Source: Octopus vulgaris
Lineage: Eukaryota
Direction of reading: 5' to 3'
Assembly (NCBI GenBank): GCA_951406725.2
Contig: OX597821.1
Span: 47,244,001-47,308,000 of the forward strand
DNA length: 64,000 nucleotides
Shown piece after piece: positions 25,990 through 38,774 of the stretch. Position numbers and translations under genes: made by a program. Numbering within the stretch: the stretch's first letter is position 1; every line of letters starts with the position of its first letter. The notes below the pieces were generated by a model. The model was not told the origin of the DNA and searched no databases. It saw only the letters and a program-made list of their open reading frames with translations.

Positions 25990-26183
25990 ACAATTAGTCG
26001 GTTCCCATAATATAACTCAGAGCTTGGGATGTCGGGGCGGAAGTCTGCTCTGGCATCTCGTCAGTTATTGAGACAAATAAAAATGTTATGTTTGTCTTAA
26101 TAACTGACGAGATGCCGGAGCAGACTTCCGCCTCGACATTCGAAACTCTGAGTTTTATTATGGCTCCCGACTAATTGTCACAT
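25986..26183. mobile_element. Inverted pair (~90 bp arms) of hammerhead-bearing pseudo-LTR-like units
   Basis: Arms 25986-26077 and 26091-26183 are near reverse complements. Confidence 0.8.
26099..26159 (+). ncRNA. Type I hammerhead ribozyme with canonical core boxes
   Basis: AATAA CTGACGA gatg..[inner structure]..cattc GAAA CTCtGAG TT TTATT: 5-bp stem I, GUU site; the inverted copy has lost GAAA. Confidence 0.7.
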
Positions 26184-26713
26184 ATTATATTATAGATAAA
26201 TTCCTCTATTTATATATTATCGAGGTCCCATTCATTCTTTTGTTGTCATATTATTATTATTAATATAAACAGAGATGGGGAGAGAGAGAGAGAGAGAGGG
26301 AGGGACAGAGAGAATGTATGTTCCCTATAAGGAAGGAAACGGTTTCAATGGAAGATACAAAACACCGTCGCAAGAATGTAGATATCAAATACAGCGGGCA
26401 GCTGAGCACTTCGGTGGTACTTATTTTCTTGTCTCCCTAGCATTTATATTTGACCTGTTATATTTGCATTTCTTAGAAGCTTTGATGGTTATATTTCATC
26501 AATATTGTTTGTATTGACGTTTATGTATATTTTCACTAACAGATAGATTCTCTATATTTAATTCCAAGAAAATTCTTTTTTTTTCTCCGATAGCATTGGA
26601 AGGTTTAGTCAAACAAATCGACCCCAGTTTAGATTTGGTGCTCATTTCGTCGAACCGTTGTTAAGTTACGGTTGTCACTCGCTGGTGGAAGACAAACACA
26701 ACACGAGCATAAG

Positions 26714-26775
<62 letters not shown>

Positions 26776-27907
26776 TATACACCCATCCAATCGCAAGATT
26801 TTTGTCAGCCCTAAGGTATAGAAGAAGACACTTGTCCTAAGTGCGCCCAGTGGGAATGTAGCCAAGACTGAGAAGCAAGTTTTTTTACTCACACAGCCGC
26901 ACATGTGCCTAACACAACCTGGTGTTTTAGCTGCTATGTCATATCATATTGGAAAATATCGCCTTGATAGCAATTTTGGGAAGTTGCTAATCATATATGT
27001 AATGTCTTACACAGAAATATGAGATAATCTACATTTTCGGTTGCCTTTTGGAACTCCAAGTGCTTCAGTATTCGGTATTTCGTAGTAATCTCTTGTTTTG
27101 GGATTGCAAAGTGTGATGCAGCTTACATGAATCCAAAGAAGGCTGCACTTAATGTCTTAATCCATGAATAATCTATATTTGGCTGGCTGAGCATTTCCCA
27201 TCCTGATGTTCTTTGAACTTTGTCCAGCTGTTTTGAGGTTGTATGGGACGTCGTCAGAAAGAATGCTTCCTGAGAAGCTCTCTGTCGACATATAGGATGT
27301 TGTTCTCTTCGCTTTGCAGCACTAAGCTTATATATTTATTATTGACTGCTGTTGTTTGGCAGAGTGTAGTCAGAGAGAGACCATACGATATTCGGAGGCT
27401 GTTTGCACTCATCTCAAGCCTTCACCCCCTTCATATCTTTTTATGAAGAATTGGTTCATATCACAGTTTCGACGGTCAATGATCCTTGAAACGGTTTGTG
27501 TAAAGCTTCTACATAATTCTTCCCAATTCTATGATTTCATCCTACAAGATCCGGCCATGCTAGAGCAAGCCAATTTGATAAATCAGTCTAGCTTACCATA
27601 GTTATTTTGACTATATATGCTACGTATGTATGTATGTATGTATGTATGTATGTATGTATGTATGTATGTCTGTCTGTCTGTCTGTCTGTCTGTATGTATG
27701 TATGTATGTATGTATGTATGTATGTATGTATGTATGTATGCATGCATTTATGTATGTATTAATACTTCGCATGTACCACGTTCGCGTTGTTTTTTCCTTG
27801 TGATTTTTGGGATTTTATATATGTGTGTGTGTGTGCGCGCGCGTACGTGCGTACATACATACATACATACATACATACATACATACATACATACATACAT
27901 ACATACA

Positions 27908-27938
<31 letters not shown>

Positions 27939-28804
27939 TCCAAATGTATATTAACTTATCACTGGAATGTCTAGTGCTCTCCTAATCTCAATTCGACAGT
28001 GAAACTGTATTTCTGTTTTCTGTTCTTACAACCATCATTGTTATCTCCCTTGCACCAAATCCTTACTGTATTATCCATTTTACGATAAGGTAAATCCATT
28101 GTTAATAACTCTATTTGACAGGTAGTTTATGTTTCCGGCCCCAGTCTGTTATATTAATGATTCTGCTGTTCCACTGTACAGACCTAAAGGAGAGATACTT
28201 CTGTGTTATATACATCTATAGAGATGAGCCTTTGAACAAATGCTCAAAGTTCTTATCACTGCACCGTATATATAGTTAAAACTTTAGTTAAATTCTCTTT
28301 AAACGTGCCCACTCTATAATTAAGTGCCTTGTTAGGTATATTTCGCCACATCAGTTATGAAGAGTAGAGCACATTGAATGAACGGTTACGCTGGCAATCT
28401 AAAAGGACCTACTTACAGCGTATTTTTTTTTCTGCGGGATTCTGATAACAATAAAATGTATGTCTACTTGTTGTCACTTCCCACAGCATGTCTGCATTCA
28501 ATTTCTAATTAATTTTTGTTAAATTCAATCCTGAAGTTGTCATTATCGAACTTCCTTGACAACAAATTAATCAAGGTACTGATTTCCCTTCTCACTACGG
28601 ATGTAATTTTTATCAATTAAAATAATTAAACCCATTACCTTAGTTACATTACTTGATTACACACACACACACACACACACATACAAACATACACAAACAT
28701 GTATTCTTTTATTCTTTTACTCGCTTCAGTCATTTTGACTGTGGCCATGCTAGAACACCGCCGCCCCTTAGTCGAACAAATCAACTCCTGGAATTTGTAA
28801 GCCA

Positions 28805-29654
28805 TGAGAAAAACACAAGTTTACGAGCAGCTTTCACGCTTTAGGAATGGTCGCTTGTCGCTTAAAGATGAATCTCGTTCAGGGCGACTGAAAAGAGTTG
28901 CAGCAAAATTGGCGCCTCGCTTGCTCACGGAAGATCAAAAGCAGTCATGACTGAATGCGTGTCGTGAACTGAAAGAACAGCTGGAAGTTGATTCGGGCCT
29001 TTTTTCGAAGGTCATCCCTAGTGACGAAAGCTGCTTCTACGGCTACGACCCGGAAACGAAGCAGCAATCAAGTCAATGGAAACATTCAATGCCACCAAGC
29101 TGCCAAAAAGCGCCGCAAGTGAAGTCCAATATCAAGTCGATTGTGATTTGTTTCATCGATGCGAAAGGAATTGTCCACACAGAATTTCTTCCTCCTGGTC
29201 GAACTGTTAACCAGATATTAAACTTGGCAGTTCTGAAGCGTTTTCGAGACGCGGTGAGACGAAAACGCCCCGATCTGTGGTAAAGTGGAGAATGGTGGCT
29301 TCATCACGACAATGCTCCTACATAAACCACCTTGAGTGTGAGACAAATTTTTACCAGAAATGCCATGAACCTGCCTCCTTATCCACACCTATTCACCCGG
29401 TCTTGCTCCATGCGACTCTTTTTGTTCCATCGAATAAAAAAAAAGTCTTTAAAGAAAACGTTTTGCAGATGTGGAAAAGGTGAAGGAGAAAAAAAAAGCG
29501 ACGGAGGCGTTAAAAGGCATCACTTCGTAAGAGTTCAAAGACTGATGTATTGTTTCAAATGGAGAATACTCTGAAGGCGATAAAAGTGTAAACATGTAAA
29601 GCTGAGGAAATAAAATAATATCACAAAATTCCGGTTTCTCTTGGGTACCCCTCG
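28805..29654 (+). mobile_element. Degenerate mariner transposon, 3' two-thirds
   Basis: SDES.FYGYDPETKQQSSQW, KSIVICFIDAKGIVHTEFLPPGRTVN, HHDNAP; right TIR ..tacccctcg|TA. Confidence 0.85.
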
Positions 29655-29674
29655 TATGTATGTATGTATGTATG

Positions 29675-29708
<34 letters not shown>

Positions 29709-30134
29709 TGTATGTACGTATGTATGTACGTACGTACGTATGTATGTATGTATATATGTACGAACGTATGTATGTACGTATGTATGTACGAACGTATGTA
29801 TGTATGTATGTATGTATGTATGTACGTACGTATGTATGTACGTACGTACGTATGTATGTATGTATGTATGTATGTATGTACGTATGTATGTACGTACGTA
29901 TGTATGTATGTATGTACGTACGTACGTACGTACGTATGTATGTATGTACGTATGTATGTATGTACGTATGTATGTATGTACGTATGTATGTATGTATGTA
30001 TGTATGTACGTATGTATGTATGCATGTATGTATGTATGTATGTATGTACGTACGTATGTATGTATGTATGTATGTATGTATGTATGTATGTATGTATGTA
30101 TGTATGTATGTACGTATGTATGTATGCATGCATG
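29655..30134. repeat. (TATG/TACG)n microsatellite
   Basis: Directly visible. Confidence 0.95.
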
Positions 30135-30139
30135 TGAGT

Positions 30140-30616
30140 GATGACCCCAACACTCAACCTGACTTATGAAACTCTCAAGGAAACCAACTGGATCTACCTC
30201 AAATAATGTCAGATTTTCCCGTGATGTGATCAGGCGTCAGAATATTGCAAATAGCATTGACTATTTGATTTACAGTCAGTCACCTGTCATCCGTCACCAT
30301 GTGGGGAACAAGAGGAATGCTTTGTTCGGTGGTGGAAGCTGCAGGACGTCCAGACCTTGGATCATATTCAAGACTCTCCCTTTCCCTTTTATATTCAGCA
30401 GCCCACTTTTGCACTCTTTTACTTGTTTCAGTCATTTGACTGCGGCAATGCTGGAGCACCGCCTTTAGTCGAGCAATTCGACCCCAGGATTTATTCTTTG
30501 TAAAGCCTAGTACTTATTCTATTGGTCTCTTTTGCCGAACCGCTAAGTGATGCGGGACGTAAACACACCAGCATCGGTTGTCAAGCGATTTTGGGGGGAC
30601 AAACACAGACACACAA

Positions 30617-30651
<35 letters not shown>

Positions 30652-31103
30652 CACATGTACACAACGGGCTTCTTTCAGTTTCCGTCTACCAAATCCACTC
30701 ACAAGGCTTTGGTCGGCCCGAGGCTATAGTAGAAGACACTTGCCCAAAGTGCCACGCAGTGGGACTGAACCCAAAACCATGTGGTTGGTAAGCAAGCTAC
30801 TTACCACACAGCCACGCCTGTGCACTTTTGATAAAACTGGAGCATCATCACCCAATGTAGCAGCCATGTCAGCATAAATGTCATTGGGGACTAAACCATT
30901 TTTCTGGAGATACATGGTAACACCACGATACCAAATTTTATCGATTTTCAAGTGGAGTTGCTACTAGTTACTTTTGAAGTCTTCTTTGAGCAGTCAGATG
31001 TCAGTTTACCAGGAAAGAAACAACGCAGTTATTAATAAGGAGAGTTGAAATGAATGTATGCAAGATGCTTTAGCATCCCTTGTTCATAGTCAGCCCACAC
31101 TTG
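30140..31103 (-). mobile_element. Mariner 5' part (HTH region) interrupted by SINE A at 30414-30820
   Basis: MKIDKIWYRGVTMYLQKNGL.P.DIYADMAATLGDDAP..[SINE]..WAAEY..SLEYDPRSGRP; tgcact duplicated around the SINE; TIR-like TA|caagtgtgggctga. Confidence 0.8.
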
Positions 31104-31187
31104 TATACATATATATTCCAACATACACACATACATACATACATACATACATACATACATACATACATACATACATACATACATACA

Positions 31188-31220
<33 letters not shown>

Positions 31221-31577
31221 GTATGCATTCATACATACATACATACATACATACATACATACATACATACATACATACAAACAAACAAACAAACAAACAA
31301 ACAAACAAACAAACAAACAAAAATACCCTGTTGTTGATGTTGAAATTTCAATGAAGGAGCCTTGGATCTAGGTTAGAAACTGCTTTTTTCTCTATTGGCA
31401 AGAAATCTTGCAATAAACTGCATAATGACATGTATACATTACGCATCCAAGCCACCACTGGAACTGTAAAAATCTGTAAAACTTTCCAGAAATTTATTAT
31501 TTAAGTATATATGAGCAAGCATGTCTAGACTTGCAAGAGAGGACATACATAAAACAAAGCATACACATCTGCACATA

Positions 31578-31954
31578 CACTTGCGTCAGAAATTAATTAG
31601 CACTTCTCAAATTTCTACATTAAATAGGTTAAATCAATTAACCTATGAGCTGTTCAAAACGTCTTACGCGATGAGAAAACTTAGTATGGTGTGATTTCGG
31701 TCCTTGCGAGGCGCTACCGATATCTATTAAACAAAGGAAGATTTGTCTGCATCCGCACTCCAATTTGTTGCACTGCTATGTCAACATCATAAGGCTGTAG
31801 ACTCTCAAACTGCTCTGCAAACAAAGTTACGTCATCGTTCTGCGCAACAGTGAACTCGCAACAAAGCAATAGTTCGAGATATGGCCACTAGGTGACAGCA
31901 CATACCTTGAGTGAAGAGCAAATCAAGGGTGCTAATTAATTTCTGACGGTAGTG
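31578..31954. mobile_element. Tc1/mariner-type MITE
   Basis: TIRs cacttgcgtcagaaattaattagcac / gtgctaattaatttctgacggtagtg; TA on both sides. Confidence 0.85.
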
Positions 31955-32137
31955 TATACATGCATGCATGCATACATGCATATATACATACATACATCCA
32001 AGGATTTAAAATATGATCGCTTTCTTACTATACATTTAAATAGGGCAGGGAAAGTAACTTCTTTTGAAGCTTTTGAAGAGCTGTCCCTCGAAAATGCCTA
32101 AATTGTTGAATAGGTGAACATATTCATACCTACACAT

Positions 32138-32193
<56 letters not shown>

Positions 32194-32727
32194 GTTTTTA
32201 AGCTATTAGGCTCGGGATCTTAAAGTCATAGGTTCGATCCAGGTGCTTTTATATTGACCCTCTCAAATACAAAATGTAAACCGAATAATATTAACCTTCT
32301 ACTGTTATTACTACCTAACGTGCCTAGACAGATATTTGCGAATATCTCCCTCGAGTAAAACCCACCCATAGAAGAGAATATGACTGAGAACTGCATGTAC
32401 TCCATCCCATGCAGCTGTGGTAGGTTATACAAAGGCGAAACATGCCGTCCCTTCAAAATAAAGGTAGAGGAACGTCGCAAAGCTGTGACACGGGGAGATA
32501 TTGATAAATCGGGTATAGCTGATCATGTATTGAAAAATGGAGACCCCCTCCCCCTGCGGTGGGATGAAGTTAAAATAATAGACAGAGAACACCACTGGAA
32601 AATACGAAAACTAAAAGAAGCAGCACATATGCTAGGACACAACAACCTTCTAAGCAGACCGAGTGCAGATATGAACAGCATATGGGAACCGGTATTAAGG
32701 AAGGATAGGGGAATATTAGATTTATAT

Positions 32728-32806
32728 GGCCACGGGCATATGGCGGAGTGGTTAAGAATGTGGGCTACTAACCCTAAGATTCAGAGTTCGATTCCAGGCA
32801 GTGACC
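32728..32806 (+). promoter_or_regulatory. tRNA-like Pol III head (A box 32741-32751, B box 32786-32794) inside the PLE 3' region
   Basis: TGGCGGAGTGG..GGG CTACTAA CCC (anticodon-like arm)..GTTCGATTCC; ggccac/gtgacc acceptor-like ends. Confidence 0.7.
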
Positions 32807-32880
32807 TGAATAATAATAATAATAACAACAACATCGAAAAATACCTTAGGAATGAGAACCCAGTTTCGAAATTTTCCCAA

Positions 32881-32926
32881 GACACCTGATGAAGGCTGGA
32901 GGGTATATCAGCCGAAATGTTGTGTT
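32881..32926 (+). ncRNA. Minimal type I hammerhead ribozyme
   Basis: GACAC CTGATGA a GGCTG gagggtatat CAGCC GAAA tg TT GTGTT; stem III AATGTT is one transition from the palindrome AACGTT. Confidence 0.75.
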
Positions 32927-33067
32927 AGCAACAAACAAGATGAGGACAAATATCCGTCAATTGTAAATAATGTAAATAATTCCTCATCTCTTAAATATAG
33001 AACTACATTAAAACCCAATAGCCAAGAGAATATTTTGTTTCTTTAAACTATGCTATCCTAAATAACT

Positions 33068-33370
33068 GGCATTCCGTAGGTTACGACGATGAATATCCCA
33101 ATTAATCCGGTCACCGGTACAGCCTGCTCGTGAAATTAATTTGCAAGTGGCTGAATATTCCACAGACAGACATACTCATAGTTCTCAGGGGGATTCAGCG
33201 TAACAAAGATTGTAACATGGCTGGCCCTTTGAAATAAAGGCACTACTCATGTTTTCCAGGTGAGTGGACAGCAGCAACAAAAGATAAAGTATCTTACTCA
33301 AGGACACAATACACCACCAGGTATCGAACTCACGATCATAAACCTAACAACTAAACCACGAGCCTTAACA
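33068..33370 (-). mobile_element. Diverged SINE related to family B
   Basis: Shares the gcattccgtaggttacgacg..cagcctgctcgtgaaatt tail. Confidence 0.7.
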
Positions 33371-33469
33371 CAGAAACAGACATGTAACTTCTTCATTGTC
33401 AATACCTCTTCTTCCTTCTATTTACATACCTTCAAATATTTCAACTAATTTCCATAGCCCTGAGGAGCT

Positions 33470-36400
33470 CAAAGTGGTAAAAGCATGGTACTTTTGTTGC
33501 AATCGACTCTACTTTTACTTTACTTATATAGATAGGCCACTATAAGACTTGAAAGAGAATTCCATTTTTATAATGAACAAGAGAAAAATGTAAATAACAA
33601 GTCCGAATTCAGATTTAAAACCAGCAAGAATTTCCCCGCCTAATCCGTTATCACAAACATTTCAAGACGATTTATTTATCCTAACGAAAACATCAAATAC
33701 TGGAAAGTAAATACAAAGTTTACTTAGAAAATTAAACACTAAAACACAAGAGATCAATTATTTAAAAATATCTGCTTTCAGCCAGACAAAACAAACAATT
33801 TTTATCAAGTATACTATCATATTTGGTTAAATATATATATCTGAATCTATAACAAACACATATAAGAAGATAAATACAAACATAATGAGGGAAAATAACA
33901 TTATAGGGCAAATAATAATATCAAATCTTGAAACAGAAAACAGAAAGTTTGGTGTCTAAAGAACCATGTCTCTTTCAAGGACAACATCCAAATTTCGAGT
34001 ATACGTCTTCTAAACGATTCATTAGGCAGTCGAAGATTGGTATAAGTGTTATACTTGAAATGTTTAACATAGAATTATCTCGAAATTACGAGGGGCGTTC
34101 AATAAGTAATGCTCCTGACCCACTTCCCATAGCAGTAGAGCAACGACACTTGGCACAGTTATTAGTCTTTTCCTACATAGGAACTACCCAGAGTTATGCA
34201 TTTCTCCCATCGTTTGATACAGCTCTGGAGACCGTTTTTGTAGAAGACCCCAGCTTGGTCCTCCAACCACGACGTGACTTCAGAAATCAAGGCTGCATCA
34301 TCTGGGAAACGCTTTCCTTTCAAAATCAACTTCATGGCTGGGAAGAGGTGAAAATCAGAGGGTGAAAGGGGAGGAGTTCATAGCTGCACGCCTGTGCTTC
34401 TGATCTGGCGACACGCGAGTTGTGGACCGGAGCGTTGTCCTGCAGGAGGAGGATGCCTTTGCTGATCTTGCCCCGCCTCTTGATTTTGATAGCTTCTCTT
34501 AATTTCCTCAAAAGTGAAGCATAATAGGCGCCTGTAATTGTGGTACCCTTTGCCAGGAAATCTGTCATCACTACTCCGTCCTGGTCCCAGAAGACTGAGC
34601 ATAACCTTGTCAGCGGAGGGCTGCACCCTTGCCTTCTTTGGAGGAGGTGAGTCACGGTGCTTTCACTGCATTGACTGGGCTTTGGTCTATGGATCATAGT
34701 GATGGACCCAGGTTTTATCCTGTGTGATCAGTCTTTTGAAAAATTTTGACTCATCTTCTTGGCACATCTCCAAATTCATCCTCGAGCACTCAACGCGTTC
34801 TTGCTTCTGGAAAGGTGTGAGCAACCTGGAAATCCATCTGGCAAACACCTTTTGCATATGCGAATGGTCATGAATGATAGTTTCCACAGACCCGGTACTA
34901 ATCTTGACCTTATGGGCTATTTGGCAAATAGTTATGCGTTGACCTTCCAAAATGGCTCATCAACGGCAGAAGGGGGCGACCAGATCTGGGAGCTGTTTCC
35001 ACAGAGTTCCGACCATGTTTGAATTCACAATGCCAGCGTTTTACAAGGTCATATGATGGGGCATCATCACCATAAGTTACTTTCATTTCATCAAAAGTCT
35101 CCCGTGGTGTGCGTCCTTTCAAATACAAAAACCAGATCACTGCTCGACACTCAACAGGCTCCATTTCACACTTGACTCAGTTCAAACACCTGTAAATCAG
35201 AAACCACAATTAGTTCAGAGCTGTAATTCGCCACTTAATCCATAGAGGTATAAATAAGTGCACATGCAAAATTTCAGCTAGATCAAACAACTGCAAGTGG
35301 GTCAGGGGCATTACTTATTGAACGCCCCTCATAAAAGAGATAATACCATTATCAGTTTTGAAAAATATTTAGTTCAAATCCATCCAACATTAGTCGGAAT
35401 ATAGTTTCCACAACTTAACATTACGAAACATTACCTGTCTATAACTAAACCGTTATTAATTAACACCTTAAATTGTATAAAATTTATAGCCAGCATAATC
35501 ATGAAATGGAAATAAAATAAACATGCAAAGAAAGGAATCATGAAATATAGTCAAAAATTATCGAGGGGTGGGACTATTAAATTATCTCTAATGTATGGGT
35601 GCGTATGGCTGAAAAGAATTCAGTAACCTAATAGGCGTGCTTCTTCTGTCTAAGATAAAAGCCGGAGGAAGACGATTTTGATGCAATGAAGTAAAACAAT
35701 ACGCGTAAAATTTATATTAATTTGAAACCTCACAAAATGAAACTCGGAGTTTCACATGGTATAAATTCTCAATCAATGGAAGAAATGACTCAAAGGATGA
35801 TGCTAAAACAATTAAATTTATAAACCTTGCGTCAAAACTTTATTGAAAATTTTCAGCATATTCTCCGTCTGTATCCCTGCAGATTTAACTTCTGTCCTTA
35901 GAATTGCGAAACACACCTTGAAGCATTTCAGGAGTTATCTCCTGAACTATTGCTCCATCCTTTGAATGGAAGTAGAGAGAATGATCGCAGACAAACTTAA
36001 AAAAAAAAAAAAAAAAAAAAAAACCTGGAAGAGTTTCAACGGAAAATTGCGATTTATCACGATAAAAAGTCTAAATGGGATGAGCATGTTAGCAAAATGT
36101 ATTTTTTATATTTATGTGGTGCGTTGAAATGTAAGGCATCTCAACTAACATATTTATGGCAGCAAAATGACATTAGTTTGAGTGTTTAAGATATTTACAA
36201 AATATTAACTTTTAAAGAAAGGCTGAGATCACAGCGATAATTACCCTGTTTATATGGGTTCTCCAATATCTTTCAAATGATTTTATCGTCTCTGATATTA
36301 TTATTGCTTAAAACCAATATAAACTGTCTAACGATCTTCTTAAAGAATATTTATGTTGATTGAATGTTATCTTAAAACGAGTCGCACCTTTTAGAAACTG

Positions 36401-36665
36401 GATAATCAACAGAAAATATTTTCACGTAACAGGCCATCGTATTTCGAAAATCCTAGACTATTTCATGACCAACTTAGGATTAAGCTTTAAAATGTCTTGT
36501 ACAACATGATGCATTCTTTTTACTGCTTATATCTAATATCTTTTATAATTGTAATTTTATTTCGAATAACAATATAAGACAGATTGATTTACTTCTTTCA
36601 TTGGTGAGGAGCGGTAAAACGTGAAACTCGGAGATATTCGTGGTTTGTAAAGTTTCAGCTTTAAG
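33470..36665 (+). mobile_element. Highly degenerate PLE (RT N-terminal region, GIY-YIG remnant, pseudo-LTR) split by a mariner
   Basis: Pieces FRFKTSK..FQDDL..DKTNNFY..ESITNTYKK (33600-33890); VYMGS..ILKRVAPF (36240-36400); hammerhead-like gTGAGGA GCG gtaaaa CGT GAAA CTCgGAG at 36604-36640. Confidence 0.5.
34089..35331 (-). mobile_element. Full-length mariner transposon with frameshifted transposase
   Basis: TIRs cgaggggcgttcaataagtaatgc.cctgacccactt at both ends, TA TSD; ORFs 35164-34332 give MEPVECRAVI..HTH, LITQDKTWVHHYDP, LLQDNAPVH. Confidence 0.95.
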
Positions 36666-36907
36666 TAAATTTTCGTGTGTGTGTGTGTGTACGTACGTAT
36701 GTACGTACGTACATGCATACATACATACATACATACCTGCATACACACATACATACATACATACATACATACATACATACATACATACACACATACATGC
36801 ATACATACATACATACATACATACATACATACATACATACATACATACATACATACATACATACATACATACATACGATTCTACCAGCTCGCCGCCTTTA
36901 ATATACT

Positions 36908-37120
36908 TATTTCTTTTTTACCCACAAGGGGCTAAACACAGAGGGGACAAACAAGAACAGACATATGTATTAAGTGCGTAACTGGTACTTAATTTATCGG
37001 CCCCGAAAGGATGAAAGGCAAAGTCGACCTCGGCGGAATTTGAACTCACAACGTAACGACAGACGAAATACCGGTAAGCATTTCGCCCGGCGTGCTAACG
37101 TTTCTGCCAGCTCGCCGCCT
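36908..37120 (-). mobile_element. SINE family C
   Basis: Matches other family C copies; head fragments at 36877-36897 and 37141-37175. Confidence 0.85.
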
Positions 37121-38189
37121 TTAATATACTCGTATACTAAAGGCGGCGAACTGGCCGGAAAAGTAGTTAGCGGCATTTTTTCTGGCTTTACGAACACTGT
37201 AGGTCAATTTAATCCACTAACCTCCTCCCCGCAAAACTTCAAGCATGGTGCCAATACCAGAAAAAGTATGTAACGCACACCCATATATGATTTTATTTAC
37301 AAACATAAACCCATTTATGGTTTTATATACTCCTCAAGAAATAACTTCACCGATCGGATCATCTGGATCTTCAGTTACATTGACACTCTATATTACACTC
37401 TTTTGTAATTGAATGCTATGTGGACTGATAGCCGAGTCTGCAAGAAGAGCTTACTGTGACAGCTGTACGATTCTCTGAGTCCCCACCTTACTCATTTACA
37501 TACATATATCTTTCGTCTTTTAAGCTAAGCTGGGCACCGTCTTTGAAGGGGTTCTAGGCAAACGAATAGGCCTCAATATTTATTTATTTAAAAAAAAAAG
37601 AAGCAGGTATTTATTCTTTTGCCGAATCGCTAGGTTACGGGGCTATAAACAAAGCAACACCAGTCGGTAAGCAATGGAGGAAGGCAAATACAATGGCACA
37701 GATTTATACAAACATACATATCAATACATGTATACATATATGTGTGTGTATGTGTGTATGCGTGTGTGGTATGTGTGTGTATAATGTATGTATGTATGTA
37801 TGTATGTATGTATGTATGTATGTATGTATGTATGTATGTATGTATGTATGTATGTATGTGTGTGTGCGTGTGTGCGTGTGTGTGTAATGTATGTATGTAT
37901 AGCGGCGTCAGCTTGTCAGCAACCTGTAGGAAGTGACAGCTTAGCGATGTCAGGTAAAGAGATTGTTCCACGCAGCGAAGTGACCGGTTTGATTGTGACA
38001 GTTTAAATATCAACATGTTCGTGACATAACATGAAATAACTTCACGTGCCTGCTGGGTGGTGTTGGTGAGTTTGTGTGTGTGTGTGTCTGCGATCGTTGT
38101 CTTTGAATCTGCGTATTAGCATTGATAGGCAACACTAGCATATGCCGGATTGTATTACTGCGCTATGGACAAGTAGTAGTTTACCCTGC

Positions 38190-38700
38190 ATCTGCATATG
38201 AGCGAACTTGAGTTCCAGTGATCTTTTTTGCGGGGTGTTAGCGACCAGTGCATTGAAGTTTGGTTCAACATTACGAAAAATTAATTTTTCTGCAGCCTGT
38301 TATGGTATATGCAGTTTCTCACGAGAGTAGAGATAACAATTACGAGCTTGAAGCGAGTAAAAAGGATCTCTCTGTGATATTGTACGTGATGTTAGGGAAT
38401 TTGTATCTTTCATCCAGAAGTTTCCAAATGAAATTAACAGAGAAGTGGAGTTTCCCTGAAGGAGTGATATATTATGTGAATCTTCCTTTAAAATCATGAG
38501 ATATTAGGCCCAAGTAGTTTCTCTTGATGTCATCAGATGATATGAGAATAACTCTATAGCCCACAGCCTTTAAGAGACAGAAGCCTTTCGACAGATAAAT
38601 GCTTGAGCATGAAGTGAAGTCAGCAAAGATGCATGTTCTTCCTGTTCTAACATGCAATACTGGAGGAGATTATATCTAAACATGAGTAGCGAGCCTTTGT
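38190..38700 (-). mobile_element. Degenerate PLE GIY-YIG region (non-Poseidon type)
   Basis: CLLKAVGYRVILISSDDIKRNYLGLISHDFKGRF..NFIWKL..RNCYLYSREKLHI; same layout as 60330-60595. Confidence 0.6.
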
Positions 38701-38774
38701 TCTGAGCATTAACAAATTTGTGTTATTTATGTGCGGTTAAGTTATGTGTAATTAGAGACAAGAAATCATTAGTT

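Larger units (their letters stand above)
32340..33005 (+). mobile_element. 5'-truncated Penelope-like element: GIY-YIG endonuclease, tRNA-like segment, pseudo-LTR with hammerhead
   Basis: ORF from 32380: NCMYSIPCSCGRLYKGETCRPFKIKVEERRKA..KSGIADH..WDEVKIIDREHHWKIRKLKEAAH (Penelope/Poseidon-type GIY-YIG); real homology ends ~32715. Confidence 0.9.

Noticed and set aside
27050-27520. Possible degenerate LINE coding remnant on the minus strand
   Set aside because: Only vague motif resemblance by eye; needs a translated search.
32728-32806. Possible genuine tRNA gene (ACT at the anticodon position)
   Set aside because: Acceptor and D-arm spacing irregular, embedded in a repeated PLE 3' region, no oligo-T terminator; treated as tRNA-derived.
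35738-35754. Palindrome TGAAACTCGGAGTTTCA resembling hammerhead stem III
   Set aside because: No upstream CUGANGA box or stem II.
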